From contig JAZRXC010000037.1 of assembly GCA_045600025.1 (NCBI GenBank), forward strand, positions 2,035 to 66,034: DNA of 64,000 bases, in the 5' to 3' direction. The notes beneath the pieces are model-generated. The model searched no databases. It was given only the letters and a program-made list of their open reading frames with translations, and was not told where the DNA came from. This stretch comes from Lachnospiraceae bacterium. Lineage in GTDB: Bacteria; Bacillota; Clostridia; Lachnospirales; Lachnospiraceae. Made by a program: the position numbers and the translations under genes. Below are positions 25,621 to 35,119 of the stretch, one piece after another. Position 1 is the stretch's first letter; every line of letters begins with the position of its first letter.

Positions 25621-27222
25621 ATGAACAAAGAAGAAATAATCAAACAAATACAAAACTGCGATACTGCTCTCGGCATCGAACTCGGTTCCACCAGAATCAA
25701 GTCGGTTCTGATAAACAAAAACCACGAAGTTATCGCAAATGGTGCATTTAACTGGGAAAACAGACTTGAAGACGGTCTGTGGACATACCATCTTGACGAT
25801 GCGGTACGCGGCGTGAGGGAGAGTTTCGGCTCCATGGCAGCAAATGTTAAAGAGCTCTATGGCATTGAACTTGAGAGCGTTGGCTGCATCGGTATCTCAG
25901 GTATGATGCATGGTTATGTTCCGCTTGATAAGGACGATAACCAGATATCAAAGTTCCTTACATGGAGAAATACTAATACAGTAGAAGCAGTTGGTACTCT
26001 TACAGAGCTTTTCAATTTTAATATTCCGCTTCGCTGGAGCATTTCTCAGCTGTATCAGGCGATATTAAATAACGAAGAGCATGTTGAGAGACTTGCATAT
26101 TTCTCAACACTTGCAGCTTATATTCATTACCTGCTCACAGGCAAAAAAGTAATCGGCGTAGGCGAAGCTTCAGGTATGTTTCCTATCGACAGTACTACTA
26201 ATGACTTTGATCAGGACATGCTGGACAAATTCGACAAGCTCGTTGAGGACAAGGGCTATCCTTGGAAGATAAGAGATATCATCCCCAAGGTTCTTGTTGC
26301 GGGTGATGACGCCGGCTGCCTTACCGAAGAGGGCGCAAAGCTTCTTGATCCTACCGGCACATTCAAGGCAGGTGTTAAGATGGTTCCTCCTGAAGGTGAT
26401 GCGGGAACAGGCATGACCGCAACAAATGCCGTAGGTCCGAGAACGGGTAATGTTTCCTGCGGAACATCTATATTTGCCATGGTAGTTCTTGAAAAGCAGC
26501 TCAGCAAGCTCTACAAGGACATTGATATGGTAACAACTCCCAGCGGAATGCCGGTTGCTATGGTTCACTGCAACAACGGTACCTCCGTGCTTGACGCTTG
26601 GGTAGGACTTTTCCGCGAATTCACAAAAGCTACCGGCCTTGAGCTTAGCGACGGTCAGATATTTGAAGCTCTGTACAAAGAGAGCCTCAAGGGCGCAAAT
26701 GATTGCGATGATGTTATGGTAGTAAACTATCTGTCAGGTGAGCCTGTTACCGGACTTACAGAAGAAGGCCGTCCTATGGTTGTTTACAAAGCAGAAAGCG
26801 AATTCAATCTGGCCAACTTTATGAAGTCACACATTTATTCGATTTTCGGAGCACTTACCATCGGTATGCGCATTCTTGAAAATGAAAACGTAGTGGTTGA
26901 CAGACTGACAGGTCACGGCGGCATGTTCAAGACCGAAGGAGTTGCGCAAAGATTCATGTCAGCAGCTATGAAGGCTCCCGTAACCTGCCTTAAGAGCGCA
27001 GGCGAAGGCGGTCCTTACGGTATGGCGCTTCTTGCAATGTATGCAATCAACAGAGAGCCCGATGAAAAGCTTGAGGACTATCTGGACAACAAAGTATTTG
27101 CGGGTCTTGAAAGCACCACAATTGATGCTACAGACGAAGAGAAGAAAGGCTACCTTGATTATCTCGCAAAATACGAGAGAATCCTTGAAACGGAAAAATC
27201 TGCGGTTGAAAACCTCAGATAA
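25621..27222 (+). CDS. FGGY-family carbohydrate kinase (xylulokinase-like, long form)
   Basis: 533 aa. ALGIELGSTRIK N-terminal ATPase motif, MMHGYVPLD, GDAGTGM and LTGHGGMFK blocks. Confidence 0.7.
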   Translation: MNKEEIIKQIQNCDTALGIELGSTRIKSVLINKNHEVIANGAFNWENRLEDGLWTYHLDDAVRGVRESFGSMAANVKELYGIELESVGCIGISGMMHGYVPLDKDDNQISKFLTWRNTNTVEAVGTLTELFNFNIPLRWSISQLYQAILNNEEHVERLAYFSTLAAYIHYLLTGKKVIGVGEASGMFPIDSTTNDFDQDMLDKFDKLVEDKGYPWKIRDIIPKVLVAGDDAGCLTEEGAKLLDPTGTFKAGVKMVPPEGDAGTGMTATNAVGPRTGNVSCGTSIFAMVVLEKQLSKLYKDIDMVTTPSGMPVAMVHCNNGTSVLDAWVGLFREFTKATGLELSDGQIFEALYKESLKGANDCDDVMVVNYLSGEPVTGLTEEGRPMVVYKAESEFNLANFMKSHIYSIFGALTIGMRILENENVVVDRLTGHGGMFKTEGVAQRFMSAAMKAPVTCLKSAGEGGPYGMALLAMYAINREPDEKLEDYLDNKVFAGLESTTIDATDEEKKGYLDYLAKYERILETEKSAVENLR

Positions 27223-27267
27223 AAATAAAATAATATATTACACATCTTAGAAAGGGGAATGTTTAAT

Positions 27268-28311
27268 ATGGAAAAAATGATGAAAGTCGGCGTTATGACC
27301 GAACTCAAGAAAATCGAGATTCAGGAAAGACCGGTTCCGGAACCCAAGAAGGGCGAAGTACTTGTTAAACTTGAGTACGTAGGTGTATGCGGAAGTGATC
27401 TTCACTATTTCGAGACTGGTGCTATCGGTGATTTCGTTGTTGAATTCCCGTTCGTTCTCGGACATGAGTGCGGCGGAAGCGTTGTTGCTGTAGGCGATGA
27501 TGTTAAGAATCTTAAAGTAGGCGATCGCATCGCTATCGAGCCCGGTATCGTTGACGGAACCTGCGAGTTCTGCAAAGAGGGTCGTTACAATCTCTGCCCT
27601 GAGATGCAGTTCTTTGCTACACCGCCTTACGACGGAGTATTCCAGGAGTATGTTGCATATCCTGAGAATCAGTGCTTCAAGCTCCCTGACAATGTATCAA
27701 CTAAAGAAGGCGCTCTTTTTGAGCCGCTGGCAGTTGGTTTCCACGCTGCAAACAGAGCTGATGCTCATCTCGGACAGACTGCTCTTATTACTGGTTCAGG
27801 CTGCATCGGTATAGTAACTGCTATGGCTCTTAAGGCTAAGGGCGTTAACAAGGTTATCATCACCGATATCGCTGATGCACGTCTTGGCAAGGCTAAGGAG
27901 TGCGGCGCAGATATTACTCTTAATCCTAAGAATGATGATGTTGTTAAGAGATGTCTCGAAGAAACTGACGGCAAGGGCGTTGATATCGTTGTTGAGACCT
28001 CAGGTGCTGACGTATGCTACCAGCAGGCAGTTGACGCAGTTAAGATGGGCGGCAAGATCGTATGCGTAGGTTATCCTGCAAACGACATTGCAAGGATCCC
28101 GATGAGCGTTGCTATCAACAAGGAAGTTGATTTCCTCTGCGATTTCCGTTATCGCAACACCTATCCTATGGAAATCGATGCAGTTTCATCAGGCAAGATC
28201 AAACTTGACAACCTTGTAACACATGAGTTCAAGTTCGATGATCTGCACGAGGCTATGACCAGATGTGCAAATGAAAAGGATACCATCATCAAGGCTGTTA
28301 TCAGCTTCTGA
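27268..28311 (+). CDS. zinc-dependent polyol dehydrogenase (sorbitol/L-iditol 2-dehydrogenase-like MDR)
   Basis: VGVCGSDLHY, GHECGG, the structural-zinc stretch CEFCKEGRYNLC and the GSGCIG Rossmann motif. Start ambiguous among ATGs at 27259, 27268 and 27277. Confidence 0.8.
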   Translation: MEKMMKVGVMTELKKIEIQERPVPEPKKGEVLVKLEYVGVCGSDLHYFETGAIGDFVVEFPFVLGHECGGSVVAVGDDVKNLKVGDRIAIEPGIVDGTCEFCKEGRYNLCPEMQFFATPPYDGVFQEYVAYPENQCFKLPDNVSTKEGALFEPLAVGFHAANRADAHLGQTALITGSGCIGIVTAMALKAKGVNKVIITDIADARLGKAKECGADITLNPKNDDVVKRCLEETDGKGVDIVVETSGADVCYQQAVDAVKMGGKIVCVGYPANDIARIPMSVAINKEVDFLCDFRYRNTYPMEIDAVSSGKIKLDNLVTHEFKFDDLHEAMTRCANEKDTIIKAVISF

Positions 28312-28340
28312 TATCCTTAAAACATTATAGGACATATTAA

Positions 28341-28365
28341 GCGGGCAGGTACGCAGCCTGCCCGC
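28341..28365 (+). other. GC-rich intercistronic hairpin after the polyol dehydrogenase gene
   Basis: GCGGGCAGG-TACGCAG-CCTGCCCGC with no T-run. Confidence 0.45.
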
Positions 28366-28406
28366 GAGATTAAATAAAAATCAGGCACCTTCGAATGGAG
28401 AATATT

Positions 28407-28787
28407 ATGAAAGAATATCTTAACGGAATACAGCATATCGGACTTCCCGTAAAATCAGCTAAAGACGCAAAGGCTTTCTATGAGACACTTGGCTTTACTT
28501 TAGATTATTACACTCCTCAGACTAACGGAAAAGATTGCTTCTTTATGAAGCTTGATAATCTCGTAATGGAGATTTATGACTTTGATAATCCCGCAGGAGT
28601 ATCAGGAAGTATTGACCATCTTTCAATTGACTGCACCGATATCGAAGCAGTATATGACGAGTGTCAGAAACTCGGCTACGGAATCGAAACAAACGGAATC
28701 GAAGCACTTCCTTACTGGAATGGTGTCAGATTCTTTAAGATTAAAGGACCGGCAGGAGAAATGATCGAGTTCTGCCAGAAACTGTAA
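28407..28787 (+). CDS. VOC/glyoxalase-family protein
   Basis: About 126 aa. GIQHIGLPV and IDHLSIDC beta-alpha-beta-beta-beta module signatures. The ATG at 28407 follows GGAG (the track starts at 28395). Confidence 0.6.
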   Translation: MKEYLNGIQHIGLPVKSAKDAKAFYETLGFTLDYYTPQTNGKDCFFMKLDNLVMEIYDFDNPAGVSGSIDHLSIDCTDIEAVYDECQKLGYGIETNGIEALPYWNGVRFFKIKGPAGEMIEFCQKL

Positions 28788-28814
28788 TAAAAATTCAAGC
28801 TTGTGAGGACGAGT

Positions 28815-29765
28815 ATGATAGATATTTTAGCATTAGGCGAATTACTGATTGATTTTGTATCGGTATCTAAAGATGTTGACGGATATCCCACACTTGCAGC
28901 TCATCCGGGCGGAGCTCCGGCCAATTTCCTTGCTGCTGCTAAGAAGTTCGGCATGAATACCGCCATGATCGGCAAGGTAGGAAAGGATGCATTTGGCAAG
29001 ATGCTTAAAGGCACTCTTGCAAAGAGCGGCATTGATACGACAGGCATTATAGAAGATGCGAGTGTATTTACCACGCTTGCTTTTGTTACGCTGGATGAGA
29101 ATGGCGACAGAAGCTTTTCATTTGCCAGAAAGCCAGGCGCAGATACCTGCCTTACATCTGATGAAGTTAGATACGATCTTATAGACGAAGCAAAAGTAAT
29201 GCATTTCGGTACCCTGTCGCTCACAACAGAGCCGTCACGCGAGGCTACATACAAGGCTATACATTACGCACGTGAAAAGGGCAAGCTTATAAGCTACGAC
29301 CCGAATCTGCGCGAGCTCCTTTGGGATAGTCCCGAGCAGGCAAAAGAGCAGATTATTAAAGGTATGGAACTTGCTGATGTAGTTAAAATCAGCGACAATG
29401 AGGTTGAATTTTTGTGGGGGCTGACTCCTGAAGAAGGCCTTAAGAAGATTCTTGCTGAGTTCCCTGCACAGCTTGTATATGTTACATGCGGAGCGGAAGG
29501 CTGCATAGCGGGTAATGCAAATGCCACAGTTATAACACCTTGCCTTAAGGGCGTTAAGGTTGTTGATACAACAGGCGCAGGCGACATCTTCGGCGGAAGT
29601 GCCATGGCGCGTTTCCTTGCCAAAGGGAAACCCGCACAAGAGCTCACAGAGTCTGACCTTGCGGACATTACAACATTTGCCTGCACGTCAGCAGGACTTT
29701 CTACCGAGAATTTCGGCGGCATCAGCAGTGTCCCGGAACTTTCCGAAGTTGAAAGCAAGATGTAA
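28815..29765 (+). CDS. PfkB-family fructokinase
   Basis: LALGELLIDF, GGAPANF, GKVGKDAFG, TTLAFVTLDENGDRSFSFARKPGAD and DTTGAGD blocks match ScrK/plant-type fructokinases. ATG at 28815 is preferred over GTG at 28803. Confidence 0.75.
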   Translation: MIDILALGELLIDFVSVSKDVDGYPTLAAHPGGAPANFLAAAKKFGMNTAMIGKVGKDAFGKMLKGTLAKSGIDTTGIIEDASVFTTLAFVTLDENGDRSFSFARKPGADTCLTSDEVRYDLIDEAKVMHFGTLSLTTEPSREATYKAIHYAREKGKLISYDPNLRELLWDSPEQAKEQIIKGMELADVVKISDNEVEFLWGLTPEEGLKKILAEFPAQLVYVTCGAEGCIAGNANATVITPCLKGVKVVDTTGAGDIFGGSAMARFLAKGKPAQELTESDLADITTFACTSAGLSTENFGGISSVPELSEVESKM

Positions 29766-29783
29766 TGATAGGTTAGAGCAAAT

Positions 29784-29826
29784 AAAAAGACCGGACACAA
29801 TTTATTTTGTACCCGGTCTTTTTTTG
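29784..29826. terminator. bidirectional rho-independent terminator closing the 18-kb operon
   Basis: AAAAAGACCGG...CCGGTCTTTTTTT with an A-run upstream and a T-run downstream, between convergent genes. Confidence 0.7.
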
Positions 29827-29836
29827 CGGCAAAAGC

Positions 29837-30598
29837 TCACTCTTTTTTTCCGAATAGCACCATGCAGCCGAGAGAAATCAGCATAGTTGCATTGATAAGT
29901 ACAAGACCGATCATGTAGATGGTGTTCCATATATCATAAGTTCCGATTGTTTTGCCACCGGTATATACTATTGCCGTCACTGCCGCCATACCAAGCACCT
30001 GCACTATTGCCGTAATAATGATAATCTGTTCATTGCGGGTAAGAATTCGATCGGTTCCTGCGCGGCGGGAGATTATCTGATTGGATATGACCATGAGCGG
30101 ACATCCGAGGATGATTGCCATATCAAAGTTGTTCAGTAGTACAAACAGTGAAGCTTGCAATGGATTTATGTGGAAATTGATTGCCATAATCACACCGACG
30201 CCAAAAGCACTGAGCAAAGAAAAAACAAGACATACAAACGCATATTTTAGTACACGCTCGACGCAGTCGAGGCGGTGCTTATGATCTTCGCCACGCATAA
30301 TACGGTTCCACAGATAATACGGAACGATAACATATAATAGTTGCGGAAGCAGTCCCTCAAAGAGAATAGCCGCAGAATAACCATTCACGGCATCGGAGAT
30401 AAAATTCGCAGTCATTATTCCAAGTGCGGCAGGCCACCCGAAGCTGATACCGAGGAAAGGATACAGCACGGCTGACGGTCGCACTTCAGTTACCGTAAAT
30501 ACGGCGAGTATCTTGTGAAACGGCATCGTCAGCAGGAAAAATGCAATGCCGGACAGTAAAAATATGACTATAGAACGCAATGCTTTTTTGTTTTTCAT
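29837..30598 (-). CDS. polytopic membrane protein, QueT/ECF-S-component-like
   Basis: 253 aa with about 6-7 TM helices. The N-terminal third (VRPSAVLYPFLGISFGWPAALG) resembles the QueT family. No preQ1 riboswitch is seen upstream, so the substrate is unassigned. Confidence 0.35.
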   Translation of the reverse strand: MKNKKALRSIVIFLLSGIAFFLLTMPFHKILAVFTVTEVRPSAVLYPFLGISFGWPAALGIMTANFISDAVNGYSAAILFEGLLPQLLYVIVPYYLWNRIMRGEDHKHRLDCVERVLKYAFVCLVFSLLSAFGVGVIMAINFHINPLQASLFVLLNNFDMAIILGCPLMVISNQIISRRAGTDRILTRNEQIIIITAIVQVLGMAAVTAIVYTGGKTIGTYDIWNTIYMIGLVLINATMLISLGCMVLFGKKE

Positions 30599-30708
30599 TT
30601 TGTCTCCTGTAGGCGTTATTTCTTATTTCTTACATTATATGGATAAATGAAATAAAAGTCCATCATAATAATAACCGACTTTTTATTACTATTATTTATC
30701 CTACTATA

Positions 30709-30717
30709 TGTTATAAT
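30709..30717 (+). promoter_or_regulatory. extended -10 element TGTTATAAT upstream of the Ntn-hydrolase lipoprotein gene
   Basis: TGnTATAAT about 50 nt upstream of the ATG at 30768. Confidence 0.4.
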
Positions 30718-30767
30718 ACTATAAATATTATTTTTGTGTCTTTAGGAGTTTTGGGAGAGGATTGTAT

Positions 30768-32024
30768 ATGAAAAAATTTTTGGCACTATTATTATCACTT
30801 TGTATGCTGCTTCCGGCGGCCGGTTGTTCTGAGAATAAAATATCAAAATTTCATCAACTTGATAAATATATATACGAGGTCGATGAATACACCGAACTTG
30901 ATTATGACTACGCAGATGAATTTTTTGCCAAGACAAATGATAACTGGGACGGAGGATGCTCGGCAATTACAAAAATGATTGACGGTAGCCGCATCGTCGG
31001 AAGAAATATGGATTTATACATTTCTTTCAAGAGCGCATATATCGTGCGCACAAATGCCGGCAAATACAAGACCATCGGTCTCGCATATTCACATAGAGAT
31101 TTTTCACCCGACCCGGATGAAATTGCGGCAAATGGAATCTCTGACGATTTCTACAAGCTCATTCCTTTCCTGTGCGATGACGTTCTTAATGACGCAGGCT
31201 TGCATGTTGAAATAAATATGCGGTATGGCGAATACTGGACTAACGGCGAAGACAAGTTCGCATGCAAGGGCACGAACCCGGAGTCATCCGAACGTGTATA
31301 CATGTATGAACTGCCGCGTTATATAGGCGAGAACTGTGCAACTGTTGAAGAGGCAAAAGAATATATTGCTTCATTAGATGTTTATTCACAGGATCATTAT
31401 TGGAATTTTTGCTTCCTCGTGAGCGATTCGCAGGGACATTCAAGCCTGCTTGAGTTTTCTTCAAATGAAGTTATATGGATTGATGAAGAAGATATTGATA
31501 GCTTTGACTGGCTCAAACTATATGATACAAAAGCCCTTGGACAGACTAATTTCTATCTTAATAAGGATGCCTTTTATATTCAGGATATAAAAGGCGGTGA
31601 AGGAAGATTTATTGCGATGCAGGAAGATATCGATGATGTAAACAGCAGAAGCGATATGTATGACTTGATGCGCAAGGTACAGTTCTCGAGTTTCTATCTC
31701 GATTACGATGTATGCAAAGAAAACTATTTTGACCCGAGAAGTGAAAACCTCGGCGGAGTCGGCTGGGCGAAGTATTTCGTTATTATGAATCCGGAATTTG
31801 AACCCGAAGCAAGGAAACTTATAAATCAAATGAATGCGGGAGTTTCGGACATGCCCCGTGAAGAAAAACAGAAACTGAACACTTACTGGGAATCAATATT
31901 CACGGAAGTTGTCGATGTGAACGCAAAGGAAATATTTGTCCGCATGTATGAGAATGAGGAATCATTATATCTGTTATCCTTCGACGGAACCACAAAACTT
32001 AACAGTATTGATGATTGGAAATAA
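30768..32024 (+). CDS. lipoprotein of the choloylglycine hydrolase / linear amide C-N hydrolase (Ntn) family
   Basis: Signal peptide with lipobox AAGC, then a ~40-aa acidic pro-region. GGCSAITKMIDGSRIVGRNMD then matches the Cys-nucleophile...GRNxD block of the CBAH family. ATG at 30768 follows GGGAGAGG. Confidence 0.6.
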   Translation: MKKFLALLLSLCMLLPAAGCSENKISKFHQLDKYIYEVDEYTELDYDYADEFFAKTNDNWDGGCSAITKMIDGSRIVGRNMDLYISFKSAYIVRTNAGKYKTIGLAYSHRDFSPDPDEIAANGISDDFYKLIPFLCDDVLNDAGLHVEINMRYGEYWTNGEDKFACKGTNPESSERVYMYELPRYIGENCATVEEAKEYIASLDVYSQDHYWNFCFLVSDSQGHSSLLEFSSNEVIWIDEEDIDSFDWLKLYDTKALGQTNFYLNKDAFYIQDIKGGEGRFIAMQEDIDDVNSRSDMYDLMRKVQFSSFYLDYDVCKENYFDPRSENLGGVGWAKYFVIMNPEFEPEARKLINQMNAGVSDMPREEKQKLNTYWESIFTEVVDVNAKEIFVRMYENEESLYLLSFDGTTKLNSIDDWK

Positions 32025-32044
32025 AGAAGGCTGAAGGAGAACTT

Positions 32045-32431
32045 ATGAAAAAGATACTATTAATTGTTCTTGCAGTTGTTGTAGTTATTGTCTGTGCCTT
32101 TTTAATCGGTCCCGGATTCAGAAAAGAATCTTCCGCATATATCAATAGTTTCACGGTATCGGAAGATGGCTCTGAGATGACAATACAAGTTGCGGTCGGC
32201 AATTCTACCGGATTTATCAGAGATGTCACAGAGCATCAGCAGCAGGGCGGCAAGCTGTATCTTGATTGCTATTCTGCTTTCGGAGGATTTAACGGCTCAA
32301 TCGGAGCGAGGTCAGAATTCACTATCAGCCTTGATCCTGAGACAGAGATAATAGCCCTCTACAGAAATGACAATGCCTATCAGGAGGTTCTGAAAAAAGA
32401 TACCGACGGCGTATGGCAGATGGTTAAATAA
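32045..32431 (+). CDS. small membrane-anchored hypothetical protein
   Basis: ATG at 32045 after GAAGGAGA. N-terminal hydrophobic anchor KKILLIVLAVVVVIVCAFLIG. No recognisable family. Confidence 0.45.
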   Translation: MKKILLIVLAVVVVIVCAFLIGPGFRKESSAYINSFTVSEDGSEMTIQVAVGNSTGFIRDVTEHQQQGGKLYLDCYSAFGGFNGSIGARSEFTISLDPETEIIALYRNDNAYQEVLKKDTDGVWQMVK

Positions 32432-32441
32432 AGGAGTTTCA

Positions 32442-33032
32442 ATGATTTACGATATTACACAACCGCTTTTCGAATGCAAATGTTTCCCCGGCGATTCACG
32501 TCCTGAAAAATTTGAGATATGCAAGATAGAGAATGGTGATGCATATAATCTCACATCATTTACGATGTGTGCGCACAACGGAACGCATGTGGATGCGCCG
32601 TACCATTTCTATCAAGACGGGAAAACCATAGATCAGGTAAGTCTTGACAGATTTGTCGGACTTGCCTATGTCGAAAAGCATGATGGTGATGTGACTGAGG
32701 CAGACGCTATAGATATACTTGAACGCGCCCGCGAGATTGATTCAGAGGCAGCTAAGAGAATCCTGCTTGGTGGAAAAGCAACAGTCACCCTCGAAGCAGC
32801 CAAGGTGTTTGCAGAAGCAGGGACGTATCTTCTGGGAAATGAATCGCAGACCGTCGGCCCTGAAGATTCCCCCAGAGAAGTGCACCTTGTATTGCTTGCG
32901 GCAGAGGTGGTGTTGCTTGAAGGCGTTAGACTTGAGAAGGTTCCGGACGGAGTATATCTTCTGAATTGTGCGCCTATCAACCTGACCGGTGCGGACGGTG
33001 GTCCCTGCCGCGCGACACTGATAGAGAAGTAA
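32442..33032 (+). CDS. putative cyclase / arylformamidase-family hydrolase
   Basis: 196 aa. The HNGTHVDAPYHF motif (HxGTHxDxPxH) is characteristic of the kynurenine-formamidase-like cyclase family. Confidence 0.7.
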   Translation: MIYDITQPLFECKCFPGDSRPEKFEICKIENGDAYNLTSFTMCAHNGTHVDAPYHFYQDGKTIDQVSLDRFVGLAYVEKHDGDVTEADAIDILERAREIDSEAAKRILLGGKATVTLEAAKVFAEAGTYLLGNESQTVGPEDSPREVHLVLLAAEVVLLEGVRLEKVPDGVYLLNCAPINLTGADGGPCRATLIEK

Positions 33033-33045
33033 CGGAGGTACGCAT

Positions 33046-33513
33046 TTGATACGAGAGGCTGTAGCTTCAGATATACCGCAGATATCTAATCTGTTAAAAC
33101 AGATATTGACGGTCCATGCAAAAGGCAGACCGGATATATTCAAAGCCGATACTCAGAAGTATACAGATGCTGAGTTATTTGATATTATATCCGATTCCAT
33201 TCACCCGGTCTTTGTGTATGAAGATGAAGACGGTACAGTAGCGGGCTATGCAATCTGTGAGTACCAGAATCGAATTGAGACGAATACGATTTATCCCGGT
33301 TCGTCAATCTATATAGATGACTTATGCGTCGATGAACCGAAGAGAGGACTCGGGATCGGGAAAAAGCTATACGAGTTTGTTCTTGAAAAAGCTCGCAATG
33401 AACACCTTGACAGTGTAACTTTAAATGCCTGGTGCTGTAACGAAGACGCAATAGCATTTTATAAAAAATGCGGAATGCAGCCGATGAAAATAACAATGGA
33501 AAAAAGAATATAA
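33046..33513 (+). CDS. GNAT-family N-acetyltransferase
   Basis: 155 aa with a TTG start. The acetyl-CoA binding block VDEPKRGLGIGKKLYEFV (Q/RxxGxG/A) is present. Confidence 0.75.
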   Translation: MIREAVASDIPQISNLLKQILTVHAKGRPDIFKADTQKYTDAELFDIISDSIHPVFVYEDEDGTVAGYAICEYQNRIETNTIYPGSSIYIDDLCVDEPKRGLGIGKKLYEFVLEKARNEHLDSVTLNAWCCNEDAIAFYKKCGMQPMKITMEKRI

Positions 33514-33532
33514 GTAAGTCGCATATGCAAAA

Positions 33533-33554
33533 GGACCCGCCGAGTGGCGGGCCC
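33533..33554. terminator. terminator hairpin between convergent GNAT and cstA genes
   Basis: GGACCCGCC-GAGT-GGCGGGCCC, one mismatch, with A-rich and T-rich flanks. Confidence 0.55.
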
Positions 33555-33578
33555 TTATACTTATTGGAAATTGCAATA

Positions 33579-34985
33579 TTACTTTTTACAAGCCTTTACT
33601 ATATAGAACACAAAAAGCGCAACGGCAAATGCGATGCCGATGGGGTAGGCTATATGAGAGGAAAGCTTAAATCCTTCCGGTGCCATCAATATGTAGGTCA
33701 TGCTGACAGCTGACATATAGGCAGCCGGCAGAGCGGTAACCAGAGATGCTGCTTTAAGCTTGTTGTTCTTTAACAAATATGCCGTAGCCACCCACAGAGC
33801 TATCATGGCAAGTGTCTGATTGCTCCAGGAGAAGTATCTCCACAGTACTCCGAAATCAAGCTGCGTAAGTACTAAGCCTATGCCGAGAAGGGGAAGCGAT
33901 ATAGCAAGTCGGTTTCTTATAGGCTGTTGATTCAGTCCGGACCATTCGGAGATAATCATACGCGCACTTCGAAATGCGGTATCGCCTGATGATACGGGGC
34001 AGATAACCACACCGATTACCGCAAGAGCTCCGCCGACTACGCCAAGCAGTTCAAAAGAAATATCATATACCACTCCGGATTGACCGACGCTCGTAAGTGC
34101 CTGCGCGAGACCACCTGTGTTTTCATAGAATGCAACTCCGGCAGCAGCCCATACGAGAGCTATAACTGCCTCACCTATCATCGCTCCGTAGAATACATTT
34201 CGCCCGTGCTTCTCTGAGGTTATGCATTTTGATATCAGTGGCGACTGCGTTGCATGGAAACCGGATATTGCTCCGCAGGCTACTGTTACAAACATAAACG
34301 GCCAGACGGGGGTTCCGTCAGGATGAAGGTTCTGAAGCGTAAGCTCTGGGATTGTGTAATCGCCTGAGAAAAGCAGCACGCCTGCAATACCCGCTGCCAT
34401 TATGATAAGAACTACTCCGAACACAGGATAGAGTTTACCGATTAATTTATCTATCGGAAGAATTGTGGCAAGTGTGTAATAAATTCCTATTACTATAATC
34501 CAGAATGTAGGATTTAAAAAGTCCGGCGTAAGCTTTGCAAGAAGCGCAGCGGGGCTCGTAATAAATACGGTACCTACAAGAACCAAAAGGACTATCGAAA
34601 AAATACGCATGATATATTTAGCCCAGGTACCGAGATATATTCCGGAAAGCTCCGCAATTGACTGACCGCCATGTCTGCAGGAAATCATTCCGGTCATGTA
34701 GTCATGCACCGCACCGCCGAGTATTGATCCGAATACAATCCATAAGAATACTACCGGACCGAACTGCGCTCCCATCAGAGCTCCGAAGATAGGACCTGTA
34801 CCGGCAATATTCAGGAGCTGAATAAGAAATGCCTTTGGCGTTTTAAGAGGAAGGCAATCAACACCGTCATTTACTGAAATAGCCGGAGTTTCGCGGTCAT
34901 CAGGACCGAATATTTTTTCGACAAAACGGCCATATACCAGCCAACCGATAATTAATACTGCAAATGAAGCCAGTAGTGATATCAT
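33579..34985 (-). CDS. cstA: carbon starvation protein A (CstA) family transporter
   Basis: 468 aa, polytopic. The N-terminus YGRFVEKIFGPDDRETPA and the LNIAGTGPIFGA block are typical of CstA. Confidence 0.75.
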   Translation of the reverse strand: MISLLASFAVLIIGWLVYGRFVEKIFGPDDRETPAISVNDGVDCLPLKTPKAFLIQLLNIAGTGPIFGALMGAQFGPVVFLWIVFGSILGGAVHDYMTGMISCRHGGQSIAELSGIYLGTWAKYIMRIFSIVLLVLVGTVFITSPAALLAKLTPDFLNPTFWIIVIGIYYTLATILPIDKLIGKLYPVFGVVLIIMAAGIAGVLLFSGDYTIPELTLQNLHPDGTPVWPFMFVTVACGAISGFHATQSPLISKCITSEKHGRNVFYGAMIGEAVIALVWAAAGVAFYENTGGLAQALTSVGQSGVVYDISFELLGVVGGALAVIGVVICPVSSGDTAFRSARMIISEWSGLNQQPIRNRLAISLPLLGIGLVLTQLDFGVLWRYFSWSNQTLAMIALWVATAYLLKNNKLKAASLVTALPAAYMSAVSMTYILMAPEGFKLSSHIAYPIGIAFAVALFVFYIVKACKK

Positions 34986-35119
34986 AATATCTCCTTAGAT
35001 AAACAGTAACATTTGCAAATAATTATATCACTTTTCCTGTTTATTGGACAGTTGATTTATTATTCTTATTTTGTTGACCGATGGTCAGTACATATTATAT
35101 AGTTATTAATGAGGTGCAT

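Noticed and set aside
29294-29800. 168-aa antisense ORF opposite the fructokinase gene
   Set aside because: The sense frame matches PfkB fructokinases throughout. The antisense ORF runs through the terminator.
30599-30760. Possible preQ1 riboswitch upstream of the QueT-like membrane protein gene
   Set aside because: I read the minus-strand leader and found no stem-loop followed by an A-rich tail resembling preQ1-I or preQ1-II. The region is plain AT-rich promoter DNA. The QueT-like call is therefore kept at low confidence.
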